Part shown: positions 9,215-18,221 of the stretch, one piece after another
How positions within the stretch are numbered: position 1 is the first letter of the stretch
Layout: every line of letters begins with the position of its first letter
Source: a virus
Length of the DNA stretch: 64,000 nucleotides
IMG/VR virus record: IMGVR_UViG_3300042888_002402
Strand: one strand, 5' to 3'
Notes under the pieces: model-generated
Databases searched by the model: none
What the model saw: the letters and a program-made list of their open reading frames with translations, nothing else
Told to the model about the DNA's origin: nothing
Program-made: the position numbers and the translations under genes

Positions 9215-9943
9215 CTAAATTATAGGCATTAAATAATTATCTACATACCATGCATGTGCATCTGCATCTGGATAGTGGGGATTAAAAAACTTAAATTTTT
9301 GTTCAATTGACAAATTAATAAATCCTCTACAATCAGCATCACGTACAAATTTAGTTAAATTTATTTTGTTGTAAAGGGCAAAATTAAAATCTTTTACACC
9401 ATCGTCGTGATATTGAATAAGATTAGTAATTGGATAAGAATTACACATAATATAATTTGCACCGATACTATCAAGATAATACTGCGCAGATAGTATGGTA
9501 GCCCAAGCTGAATTAACATGCATAGACTGATTATAAAAATATTTATAGTATTGATTTTTGTATCCTCGTGGCACTGCACCATTGATATACCAACCATGTT
9601 GATTGTTATATTGATTATTGTAGTCTACAAATTGTGCCTTGTACCCATCTAACCAACTTGCAAATTCTATATCGTTTTGCAGGTGCGGAACAGCAGAATT
9701 AACATAAAGATCGAGTCTATCAGCTGATGGCCACATTATAATACATAAAGTATCAGGATTATTAACAAAAGAAGTATATAATTTTTGAATAATATATGTG
9801 TATCCAGCTCCTCTTTCTGCAAAATTATAAAGTTTGCAACCGAGTTGGTTACTCAATAAATCAGCCCAGGTATCAATGTAATTGTCTTTGGTCAGACTAC
9901 ACCCGTAGACAAATAAATTTTGATATCTGGGCTGTACTGTCAT
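9215..9943 (-). CDS. SGNH/GDSL-like protein
   Basis: FVYGCSLT, W, NFAERGAG, IIMWP...RLD, HYP....H; AT-rich. Confidence 0.55.
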   Translation of the reverse strand: MTVQPRYQNLFVYGCSLTKDNYIDTWADLLSNQLGCKLYNFAERGAGYTYIIQKLYTSFVNNPDTLCIIMWPSADRLDLYVNSAVPHLQNDIEFASWLDGYKAQFVDYNNQYNNQHGWYINGAVPRGYKNQYYKYFYNQSMHVNSAWATILSAQYYLDSIGANYIMCNSYPITNLIQYHDDGVKDFNFALYNKINLTKFVRDADCRGFINLSIEQKFKFFNPHYPDADAHAWYVDNYLMPII

Positions 9944-9950
9944 TCAATGA

Positions 9951-10937
9951 TTATTGTTTTTGTCTTGCACGAATCATGGCCAAAATGTCTTCGGCTTTCT
10001 GTGCTGGCTTAGCTGCTGCTACTGGTGCAACGGGTGCTGGCACATCATCCTCGTCATCAAAGTTTGATACTACCACAGTTGGTGCTACTGCTGTAATTTC
10101 ATGCACGTCGCCGTGCCCATCAACAGTCAATGCGGGTGCGCCTGCTGGTGCTTGCACACCTGCTGGTCGGAAATACTGACCCCAACGGGTGGTGTCGTAT
10201 GCTTGTCCATCTACTGATGCTTCAAACATTTCTTTGATTACTTTTAACTCAACATCAGTTGGTTTCTTTGGCAAGAATGTTGAAAGATCAAACAGGCCAT
10301 GTTTTTCTATTGCAGCCTGTTCTGCTTCTGTGAGTGCAGATTCTTTACGGGCCCACTTGGAACTGTTGTAGTCAGCAAATCCACCTTTGGCTGTTTTAGT
10401 GATGCGGAAGTCTAGGCCTTTCAACAAGTCTGTTGGCAATTCTTCCAGCTCAGGATCCATCAATGCACCTTTGATCAAGGTAAAAATTTGTGGACCAATG
10501 ATAAATCTACGAATAGGGTTCTCAGGAGTCTTGTCTTCGTTGATGGGATTTTCACGTACAAAACCTTGGAAAATATAACTGCGTTTTTTCCAGTATTTAC
10601 GACCCATGTCTTCAAGACTCTTGTCCTTGAACCATGTGCGAACTTCTGCCAGTACTGGGCACGGATCGCCCCACATTTCAACACAAGGAACTTGTACAAA
10701 TACTTGTTTGGATTCCATTTCTCCTTTGACGCCATTGAATGGCAGTCGAATCATGGCTCGTTCGGCCCAGAAAAATGTGTTTTTTGTGTTTGCATCTGGA
10801 AGGAAGCGTAAGGTAGCTGATTGTCCTTCTTCCATGTTCCAGTGTGGGTAAATTGAATTGTCTCCCCCACCTTGTGATTGAGAACCTTTGTTCTCGCTTG
10901 CTGCCAGTCTTGCTCTAATGTCTGCTAATGATGCCAT
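9951..10937 (-). CDS. gp32: T4 gp32-like single-stranded DNA-binding protein
   Basis: LRFLPD, VPC.EMWGDPCPV, YWKKRSY, G.DFRI.K, GGFADY..S.W; true start MASLADIR at 10937. Confidence 0.9.
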   Translation of the reverse strand: MASLADIRARLAASENKGSQSQGGGDNSIYPHWNMEEGQSATLRFLPDANTKNTFFWAERAMIRLPFNGVKGEMESKQVFVQVPCVEMWGDPCPVLAEVRTWFKDKSLEDMGRKYWKKRSYIFQGFVRENPINEDKTPENPIRRFIIGPQIFTLIKGALMDPELEELPTDLLKGLDFRITKTAKGGFADYNSSKWARKESALTEAEQAAIEKHGLFDLSTFLPKKPTDVELKVIKEMFEASVDGQAYDTTRWGQYFRPAGVQAPAGAPALTVDGHGDVHEITAVAPTVVVSNFDDEDDVPAPVAPVAAAKPAQKAEDILAMIRARQKQ

Positions 10938-10941
10938 ATTA

Positions 10942-10999
10942 TGTTGCCTTTCTAAAGTTTTTAATATGTTGCCTATCAATGATAGTGTTTTTGTTGCCT
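10942..10999 (-). repeat. Three AGGCAACA direct repeats with an exact 25-nt period in the gp32 leader
   Basis: TGTTGCCT on the plus strand at 10942, 10967 and 10992. Confidence 0.85.
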
Positions 11000-11034
11000 G
11001 TGATACCAATAAAAAAGCGTATACACATGTTAGT

Positions 11035-11073
11035 AGTATATACGCTTTGTTTATCAGCGTCAAGAGTATTTAT
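11035..11073 (-). promoter_or_regulatory. Tandem late (TAAATA) and sigma70 (TTGACG-17-TATACT) promoters for gp32
   Basis: -35 at 11058-11063, -10 at 11035-11040, TAAATA at 11068-11073. Confidence 0.7.
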
Positions 11074-11095
11074 GACGCGGTTGTTCTAATTAGAT

Positions 11096-13162
11096 TTATC
11101 GGATCATAAATCCAGCCAGTTGTTGCATACGTACCAGACCAAGATCTGGTAACTGTACATTTTCCAAAGTCGGTACTATGCCGGGTACTGCTGATTGAAC
11201 TGGTGCTCCCCAACATTCTTGAATACCATGAACTGGACACATTTGTCCAGCTTCGGTCATATTGCATGCACCATCATCTTGTAATAAGTCTACCAATGGG
11301 TTACTCATTCCGCCATCTACATTATGTGCTGCATCGTCTTCCATGGCAGTGGGAATTGGGTTAGGTCCGTATCCTTCTTCTGAAGCATAGTCCATGGCAC
11401 TTTCACGCTCAATTCCGTAGTCTTCATCTGGCATGCCTGGACTATTAAATCCGTGTCCTTCTATGCCTAGGTCAGCGCCAAATCGATCTCCTATCCACTC
11501 ATACGGATCTCCGTCGCGAGCTTTTTTTGTACCATACGGCATGTCATCAAAATAGTAATCATACAACACATCATATAGCGCATCAGTTAATTCGCCAGTG
11601 GTTTTGAAATCTTTGACATCGCGCTTGAATGTATTAAGGATATGCTGGAATGTGTTGCCATTTTCGTCTAGCATGACATTTTCATTTACCTGCATGCCAG
11701 CGTGTTTGAGTATAGTTTTCAATGATGCACTTGCATCTTCTCTTACTGACTCATCATGGTCCAATTGATCAGCAAAATGCGCTAAGGCTGCGCTTTGACT
11801 ACCTGTAGGTGATTTAGCATTGGCATCCACTGCAGGTCCTTCGTTGACTGCTTGATCACCTTGTTCAACGTCGCTGGGATTGATTGGATCCGGGGGATTC
11901 ATTTCGTAATCTGCATCTATGTCTAGACGATTTACTACCTCGGCTATGTCAGGATGATCACTGAGTTCTTGCATACGCAAAAATACCAATTCACGGCAGT
12001 CAGCATTGGCGTCACGATCAGCAAGATTGTGCAATTGATCAAACAACTCATCATCGCCCAACAAGTCGTATAGTTCCTCTGTGGCATTGGTAGCATCAGC
12101 ACCCACTGGCAATTCAGATTGCATGAGTTCAATCAGTTTGTCTTGTTTTTCGGGAGTGTCAGGTACTGACCATGTTCCTTCTACCAGGCGATTTGCCCAG
12201 GCTTCAAATATGTTTGCTTCTTTCATAGCTTGTCCTTGTTGTTGTATACGTGCCAGTAATGGTAATGCTGCTTCAATTCTTGAATCAATACTTTGTGTTA
12301 CAAATAAATTTTTTAATCCTTCGATGACCACATCCTGTTCAGTGATTTCAGCAGGTTGCCATGATTCAAAATAGTTTGTGTAGCCTGAGCCTGCGCTGAG
12401 ACCTTTTAATACCCGTTGTAGATTTTCGTAGTAGGTATTGGTTTCTTCTACCAGTTGTCCGGTATCACCTTCAAATATTTGTCCGTGATTGGCACGACGG
12501 AAACGGCTCAATACATTGAGTTCTTCTACTATGCCCACAATATGTTGTCCACGTGGATCATACGGTTTGCCGCCTTGGCGCACATGTTCCACCATGGCAC
12601 GACCACCTGACAATTTGGTAAATGGCAATTTAAAACGTTCGCCTTCGGCAGTTTCAATATATAAACTTTCCACATAACGGAAACGTGCGTCATTTTCACC
12701 CAATGGACGTTTGTGCTTGACCATGAGTCTGGCTTCGGTTGCTGGCCCTAACCAACTGGTGGTACGATTTCCGGACCAAGATTCAAACAGACCTTCTTTG
12801 ATTGCGGCCTGGCCTTGCATACTATAACGCAACCTATTGATATTTTTTATGCCAAAGCTCATGTGATTTCTAATGGAAAAGTCTTTGAGCTGTTCCAAGA
12901 ACTGAAACCAACTTTGTTTGTCTTCGTTTTCCATGGTGCGGCCAACATTGTCTGCACAAAATACAGTTAATTCTCCGTCGTCGCCTAACAGTATCACAAT
13001 AGTGCCATAGTCTTTACCAGACTCTGCTCGAAATTCAAAACTAAACATTTCTGCTTCAGAAGGGTCCGAGGCAGGCTTACCACGAATATCCAACATGTTG
13101 GGATCAAAGTCTCTGCTGGTCAATAGATCAAACAGTTTAAGTGCGGCATTTTGCTGTGACAT
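11096..13162 (-). CDS. Large acidic hypothetical protein, probably head-associated
   Basis: 688 aa; TAAATA 7 nt upstream; several [LIVM]xE sites; C-terminal CPVHGIQEC. Confidence 0.6.
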   Translation of the reverse strand: MSQQNAALKLFDLLTSRDFDPNMLDIRGKPASDPSEAEMFSFEFRAESGKDYGTIVILLGDDGELTVFCADNVGRTMENEDKQSWFQFLEQLKDFSIRNHMSFGIKNINRLRYSMQGQAAIKEGLFESWSGNRTTSWLGPATEARLMVKHKRPLGENDARFRYVESLYIETAEGERFKLPFTKLSGGRAMVEHVRQGGKPYDPRGQHIVGIVEELNVLSRFRRANHGQIFEGDTGQLVEETNTYYENLQRVLKGLSAGSGYTNYFESWQPAEITEQDVVIEGLKNLFVTQSIDSRIEAALPLLARIQQQGQAMKEANIFEAWANRLVEGTWSVPDTPEKQDKLIELMQSELPVGADATNATEELYDLLGDDELFDQLHNLADRDANADCRELVFLRMQELSDHPDIAEVVNRLDIDADYEMNPPDPINPSDVEQGDQAVNEGPAVDANAKSPTGSQSAALAHFADQLDHDESVREDASASLKTILKHAGMQVNENVMLDENGNTFQHILNTFKRDVKDFKTTGELTDALYDVLYDYYFDDMPYGTKKARDGDPYEWIGDRFGADLGIEGHGFNSPGMPDEDYGIERESAMDYASEEGYGPNPIPTAMEDDAAHNVDGGMSNPLVDLLQDDGACNMTEAGQMCPVHGIQECWGAPVQSAVPGIVPTLENVQLPDLGLVRMQQLAGFMIR

Positions 13163-13179
13163 AGTAGTTTATTTAGTCG

Positions 13180-14745
13180 TTATCGTCTGGCACTGATAAA
13201 GGGCATGGGTGCAATAATAACATCACCGTGATCGCGCATTTGACTGTCCATTTCTGTGTGATATGTTTGTAGCAGCTGCATCATGCGCACTGCCAACAAT
13301 GCAGCCATGACCAAATCGTCAGTTTCTCCGGGTTTGGCAGCGTAACTTACTCCGTGTGCTACAAATGTTTTTAATTCTGAAACTAAAGGTATACTTCTGA
13401 TTTTCATGCGCCCAGATTCTATTAGAGTTTTAAATTTATTACAAGCCGCCAATTTGGGTTTTTGTGTGGTATTAAACCCTTTGCGATATCTGCGTCCAGA
13501 ACTTCCACTGTTAGGATCACTTAGGAAATATCCTTCGATATTTTCCTCGCCGTACTCTGCAATGGAAATCAAGGCTGCTTCCCCAATGGTGTTGTTTTCA
13601 ATACTGTAATATACTTTTTGTGGATCTTTTACAACTTCATTGATGTGCTTGCATATGTCAGCTAGGATTCTAACCTGTTCTGGAATTGGCGTTCTATTGT
13701 GGCGCCACTCACCAATTTGTTCTGTGGTGTTGGCTTCAAATATTTGTATGGCAGCAGGATCACCACCTGTACCCAAACTAGGATCCAGTGCTACAACATA
13801 GATTCGGTCTGCCCGGGGTTTTTGATACCAACGCACTTGTCCAGTACGATATGCAGGCTCAATGCCATATAATTCAATTAGTTTAGTAGGTGCTATCAGA
13901 GTCTCATCATTGATGATAAATTCGCAGTCCATCTCTCGACGGAAACGATCCTCGCCTAGTTGCGCTCGTTGTTCTTCAGCCCACTTTTTGTCGCGATCTG
14001 GATGTTCATTCCAGTAACTACGATATGCTTTGAATCCATTAATACCTACTACTGTAGGATTGCCGTAGGAATCTTCGCAACGATTGGCACCTTTCCACAG
14101 TAGCGCAAATTGATCTTCGTCCGAGTTTGGAGTTGATGTAATAATTGCTTTACCACCAGTGGCCAGTGTGGGCGATATGGACGTCCAGAATTCTTTGGCA
14201 ATACCTGGTCGCACAAACGCAAACTCATCTGCGTATAGCAGTGATATACTCATACCACGACCGGTATTTTCTGTAGTTGTTGCGCTTACTATACGACTTC
14301 CATTTTCAAAATCCAAGTTACCTTTGTTGTAACTGGTACACCCTGCACGAATATGATCCGGGCACAGTTCATATGCATAACGTATGCGTTGCATTATCTC
14401 TTGTGATCCTGTGTACTTGTGCGCAGCAATTAAAATTGTACTGTCTGGCACAAACATAGCATACCACAACAAATACCCTGCAGCCGATGTTGACTTGCCG
14501 GTTTGTCGCGGCATCATTGATATCGAAAATCTATGATTATGATAGGTTTCAATCAATCGTTCTTGGTACTCAAACGGATGATACAACATTTTTCCTTTGG
14601 TGGGATGTTGTATGTGAAAATAATTGTCCATAAAATACATAGGCCCTGTGACAGGATCTGCACATTTTATAAATTCTTCTAACTGTGTCTCATTGTAACT
14701 ATGCCGCTTATGAGGTGCTTTGACTAGTACTGCTTCTGCGGCCAT
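13180..14745 (-). CDS. gp17: Terminase large subunit
   Basis: PRQTGKST Walker A, LLYADEFAF Walker B, TSTPN, REMDCEF, nuclease VALDPSLG and DDLVMA; GGAG SD before ATG 14745. Confidence 0.95.
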   Translation of the reverse strand: MAAEAVLVKAPHKRHSYNETQLEEFIKCADPVTGPMYFMDNYFHIQHPTKGKMLYHPFEYQERLIETYHNHRFSISMMPRQTGKSTSAAGYLLWYAMFVPDSTILIAAHKYTGSQEIMQRIRYAYELCPDHIRAGCTSYNKGNLDFENGSRIVSATTTENTGRGMSISLLYADEFAFVRPGIAKEFWTSISPTLATGGKAIITSTPNSDEDQFALLWKGANRCEDSYGNPTVVGINGFKAYRSYWNEHPDRDKKWAEEQRAQLGEDRFRREMDCEFIINDETLIAPTKLIELYGIEPAYRTGQVRWYQKPRADRIYVVALDPSLGTGGDPAAIQIFEANTTEQIGEWRHNRTPIPEQVRILADICKHINEVVKDPQKVYYSIENNTIGEAALISIAEYGEENIEGYFLSDPNSGSSGRRYRKGFNTTQKPKLAACNKFKTLIESGRMKIRSIPLVSELKTFVAHGVSYAAKPGETDDLVMAALLAVRMMQLLQTYHTEMDSQMRDHGDVIIAPMPFISARR

Positions 14746-15893
14746 AGCAGCTCTCCAAATTCTGGCCATAGTTTGGCAAATTTTCCAACGGCATCTGGAT
14801 GGTATTTGTTTTCAATATCATCAACAAATGTTTTTAATTTATCTAACTGTGTTGAATCAGGCAGATCTTTGGTATTAAAGGTTGCAAGGGCAGTGTCAAA
14901 AAAATCTTGATCATGTTGGTCTACATCGAAATTATCGTACATCAGTTGAATTTCTTTTGCGACCAACATGGCAATTTCTTTTCCGTAATTTCTAGGATCT
15001 AATTCTATAGGACCGTTAAGATTTTGCCATTTAATCACCAATCCGCGATCCTGAGCAAATTTTTTAAATTTACACAAATTAGTTGCGTTGTATAAATTAT
15101 AAACTGCGTGTATGCCGCCCCAGTGCCCATTATTTTTTATCAATGACTGCACAAGATCAAGATTGTACAACATCAAATTCCAATCTGCGCCGTATCTTAC
15201 GTATTCAAATTGCTCACCAATGTTGTCAAAACTGAGTGACCAACTGACACGTTGTCGCTGGCTAAGTTTTTTAAATATTCGATTATTTTCAAGTGGATTG
15301 CTGAGATTTGTAATTATTGTTACAATACAATCTGGTGGGATGACATCGAGTAGTCGGTCATTCTCTGGCAGTAACAAAGGTTCGCCGCCAACCAAGGCCA
15401 CTTCTTTTATTTTATCGTAGTGTTTTTCAATAAAATTACATACATCGACATAATAATGTCTTAGTTTTGTGTTATTGTTGATAGAGATTTTTTTTATCCC
15501 TGCCCATTTTGAACTTTCAATTGGACCACAATAGTTACAACTTAAATTGCAGGTGTTATTCCATCGCACATCAACAATTACCGGATAATCATATTCAAGA
15601 CTGGCCTGTGACGTATCAAAATTTTCATTTGCCCTATTATGCCATGCTCGCTCGCTCTCGCTGCCGTGTTTCTCTCTTGTTACACAACCTGCACAATATC
15701 GAGGATGCGGAATGCCTTGTTTTAGACTTTCACGTATTTCTTTAAGTTTATCTCCATTGAGAATTTCTTCTATGCCTTGAGAATTAAGATTGCCCAACAT
15801 GTTGGGATTACCGGCACAGCAAGTTTTAACATTACCGGTAGTATTGATATGCAGGCCACGCCAGGGAGCGGCACAATAGAATTTATCAGTCAT
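14724..15893 (-). CDS. Radical SAM protein with an N-terminal SPASM/twitch-like domain
   Basis: CAAPW...GNVKTCC...CAGC followed by CNLSCNYC, GGEPLL, ITN. Confidence 0.85.
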   Translation of the reverse strand: MTDKFYCAAPWRGLHINTTGNVKTCCAGNPNMLGNLNSQGIEEILNGDKLKEIRESLKQGIPHPRYCAGCVTREKHGSESERAWHNRANENFDTSQASLEYDYPVIVDVRWNNTCNLSCNYCGPIESSKWAGIKKISINNNTKLRHYYVDVCNFIEKHYDKIKEVALVGGEPLLLPENDRLLDVIPPDCIVTIITNLSNPLENNRIFKKLSQRQRVSWSLSFDNIGEQFEYVRYGADWNLMLYNLDLVQSLIKNNGHWGGIHAVYNLYNATNLCKFKKFAQDRGLVIKWQNLNGPIELDPRNYGKEIAMLVAKEIQLMYDNFDVDQHDQDFFDTALATFNTKDLPDSTQLDKLKTFVDDIENKYHPDAVGKFAKLWPEFGELLWPQKQY

Positions 15894-15911
15894 GCCTTAT
15901 TTAAAGGCAAA

Positions 15912-16349
15912 TCAGTTACACCAAGAAGTTTTGGCTTCACCGTAATATTCACGAGCAAAACCGTTGGCAATCAACATGCCACGTAGGCTTTGACCGTTCA
16001 ACAGTACGTCGCCCAGCACACGTCCGCCATACTTGTCCCAGTCCATCAGCACAATCTGTCGTTTTTGTGCATTGGCAATGGCTTGCTTGGTAAAGGCAGA
16101 TGCTGCTTCACCACGCTGTGCTTCACTAGCACACTGGGCACGGTGTCCTTTTTCAGGAGTATCAACTCCAAACACACGAACACTGAGTTCTTGTTTGAGT
16201 GGTGCAGGAAGCCAAGTGGCTTGGATACCCACTGTGTCACCGTCGATTACTCTAGTGATCACAGCGTCATAAACAACACCAGGTTTTTGTTTGGGTTGTG
16301 CTAGTGCCAAGCAAGGCACAAGTGCTAAAAGAATTAAGAGTTTTTTCAT
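15912..16349 (-). CDS. Thermonuclease (SNase-like) with a Sec signal peptide
   Basis: MKKLLILLALVPCLALA signal; VIDGDT, VRVFGVDTPE, DKYGGRVLG. Confidence 0.85.
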   Translation of the reverse strand: MKKLLILLALVPCLALAQPKQKPGVVYDAVITRVIDGDTVGIQATWLPAPLKQELSVRVFGVDTPEKGHRAQCASEAQRGEAASAFTKQAIANAQKRQIVLMDWDKYGGRVLGDVLLNGQSLRGMLIANGFAREYYGEAKTSWCN

Positions 16350-16360
16350 AATAATATCTG

Positions 16361-16639
16361 TTAAGTGTAGTACACAATTTCGCCAGTGGTAGGATTGTAG
16401 GCTAATTGTAAAAATCCTACAGGCAATCCTGCAACACCACCGTTGGTAATACCGGCAGCAATCTGTGTCAGTGCACCCAAACTATTGCCAATAAACACTT
16501 GATCAGTAGTTTGATCAACTACTAGTTCTCCTGGTCTGGCATTGCCGTTGTAATTTTCTATTGTTACTTGTGCATTGTCTTTCATCACTGCACGGCTGAT
16601 GCCAGTTATATCACTGTATGGTGGTGGTGGATTGGCCAT
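16361..16639 (-). CDS. Hypothetical protein
   Basis: 92-aa ORF abutting the upstream gene in a late operon. Confidence 0.65.
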   Translation of the reverse strand: MANPPPPYSDITGISRAVMKDNAQVTIENYNGNARPGELVVDQTTDQVFIGNSLGALTQIAAGITNGGVAGLPVGFLQLAYNPTTGEIVYYT

Positions 16640-17026
16640 TTATCGAGGGTAACCTTTGAATGCCTTTACAGGACTTTTTGTTTCTACAGATGCAGGTTCA
16701 GTGCTATCAGAAGTTGACACTAGTCGTTTGCCACCAGGGGTGTTGGTCATTGCCAATGCTTGATCGATCACTTGTGCTATGCTGGAATTCATCCCAGCAA
16801 CCACACCGTGTTCGCCAAATGTCGTCTCTGCTGACCATTCGGGAAAAGCATGATTGAGACCATCTGTGCCGGCGTCGCTACGGGCTCTGGCCATTGCCAA
16901 GCCAAATCTATAGTTGTCGTAAGGGTCAGCAGCACTGAGTCCAGGAATCACATAAGTGTAGTGCATGGGATTGGCCTGCTCTGGCGGCAGATTTTTTTGT
17001 TCGCCCAGGAATTCACAGGCTCTCAT
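16640..17026 (-). CDS. Putative capsid internal protein (CTS-like N-terminus), paralog of 17023..17394
   Basis: MRACEFLGE start; C-terminal TKSPVKAFKGYPR. Confidence 0.55.
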   Translation of the reverse strand: MRACEFLGEQKNLPPEQANPMHYTYVIPGLSAADPYDNYRFGLAMARARSDAGTDGLNHAFPEWSAETTFGEHGVVAGMNSSIAQVIDQALAMTNTPGGKRLVSTSDSTEPASVETKSPVKAFKGYPR

Positions 17027-17394
17027 CTGGGGTATCCTTGGAATGATTGCACTGGGCTTGTGGTGTTGGTTGATTTGACTTCCTCACTGTCCATGTCACC
17101 CTTGTTTAAATCTTTATATTCTAATCCAGCAGCTTTGTATGCTAAAATCAGCATATCTTGTTCTTCTTGGGTGTAAGGGTGTGCTGTGTTGTGTTTGCCT
17201 ACCCAACTTTCGGCATCCATTTCTATTGGATTTACTCCATCACTACTTGCCACGGCCATCATCAAACGATTTAAATCATATAGCCTATCATAAGTGTCTA
17301 TTTTTTTTGAAAAAATATTTAAACCGCGAGTTGACTGTTGACGCCGATGGCCAATTTTTCCCAGGGCTTCTGCAACAAACTCTGTGGCTCGCAC
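17023..17394 (-). CDS. Putative capsid internal protein (CTS-like N-terminus)
   Basis: MRATEFVAE start; C-terminal TTSPVQSFQGYPR. Confidence 0.55.
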   Translation of the reverse strand: MRATEFVAEALGKIGHRRQQSTRGLNIFSKKIDTYDRLYDLNRLMMAVASSDGVNPIEMDAESWVGKHNTAHPYTQEEQDMLILAYKAAGLEYKDLNKGDMDSEEVKSTNTTSPVQSFQGYPR

Positions 17395-17396
17395 AA

Positions 17397-17687
17397 TTAC
17401 TGTCCAGCGGCGTTGTAAACACCTTGTTGGGCCGAGCTGGCTGTGCCCAGTTCTAATGCTGTAAACGGGCCTCCAACAATGGTTACTTTGTTGCCAGCGC
17501 CTGAGTATGTTTGATACACAGTGTTAGAAGGAATATTAACTGGAACTGTGTATAAATTACCCACGGCAGCCGCTGTGCCCAGTGCAGTTGCATACACCTG
17601 TAATGTTACTGCATTAGCAGTTGTAGTAATTTCCAACTTGTCAGTGTACACTGTTGTGTTACTCAGTGTTGTATATACATTAGCCAT
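17397..17687 (-). CDS. Small beta-rich hypothetical virion protein
   Basis: 96 aa, T/A/V/N-rich, AAGGA SD. Confidence 0.6.
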   Translation of the reverse strand: MANVYTTLSNTTVYTDKLEITTTANAVTLQVYATALGTAAAVGNLYTVPVNIPSNTVYQTYSGAGNKVTIVGGPFTALELGTASSAQQGVYNAAGQ

Positions 17688-17702
17688 TTTATTTTCCTTT
17701 GT

Positions 17703-18221
17703 TTACCACGCACGGCATGACCAATATCGTGCCTTGGTTCTAGGACCTGGGTTGTCACAATTATGTCTTGCTCTAAAACTTTTTCTACGGCCCGGACTAG
17801 ACTTTTTAATTCGCATGTTGGGATCGCCAAAGTTAACTTTTTTAATGTTTCCAGTGGCAGGATCTTTAACATACACTTTGGATTTCTTTACATCGCCAGC
17901 CATGGGCTTGCCCAACGGCACTTCACGTCCGTGATACTTGGCTTCATCCATGTCGTCTTCGCCCATGCTACCACCGTAGCCCATTGTTTCCAACACAACA
18001 TCTTCAGTTAAATCTTCTAGAGGATCTACAAGTTGTTGCCATTCGTCCAACACTGTGATGATTTTGTCAGTGGCTGCCAACAGTATTCCATCTTCAGATG
18101 ATTCAAGAATATAAGTTTCAATCAGTGTGCCATTGGCCAGCTCAAACGCAAAGTCATCGCCGGCAGCCGGCGTGTTCAGCCATTGCTCACTTTCAGAGAT
18201 GTATTCGCGAAATGATTTCAT
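17703..18221 (-). CDS. Putative internal head protein with a basic C-terminal domain
   Basis: MKSFREYISE start; KKVNFGDPNM...RRKSFRARHNC...ARYWSCRAW. Confidence 0.6.
   Translation of the reverse strand: MKSFREYISESEQWLNTPAAGDDFAFELANGTLIETYILESSEDGILLAATDKIITVLDEWQQLVDPLEDLTEDVVLETMGYGGSMGEDDMDEAKYHGREVPLGKPMAGDVKKSKVYVKDPATGNIKKVNFGDPNMRIKKSSPGRRKSFRARHNCDNPGPRTKARYWSCRAW

Noticed and set aside
10942-10999. CRISPR mini-array
   Set aside because: 8-nt repeats with 17-nt spacers are far too short, and there are no cas genes.
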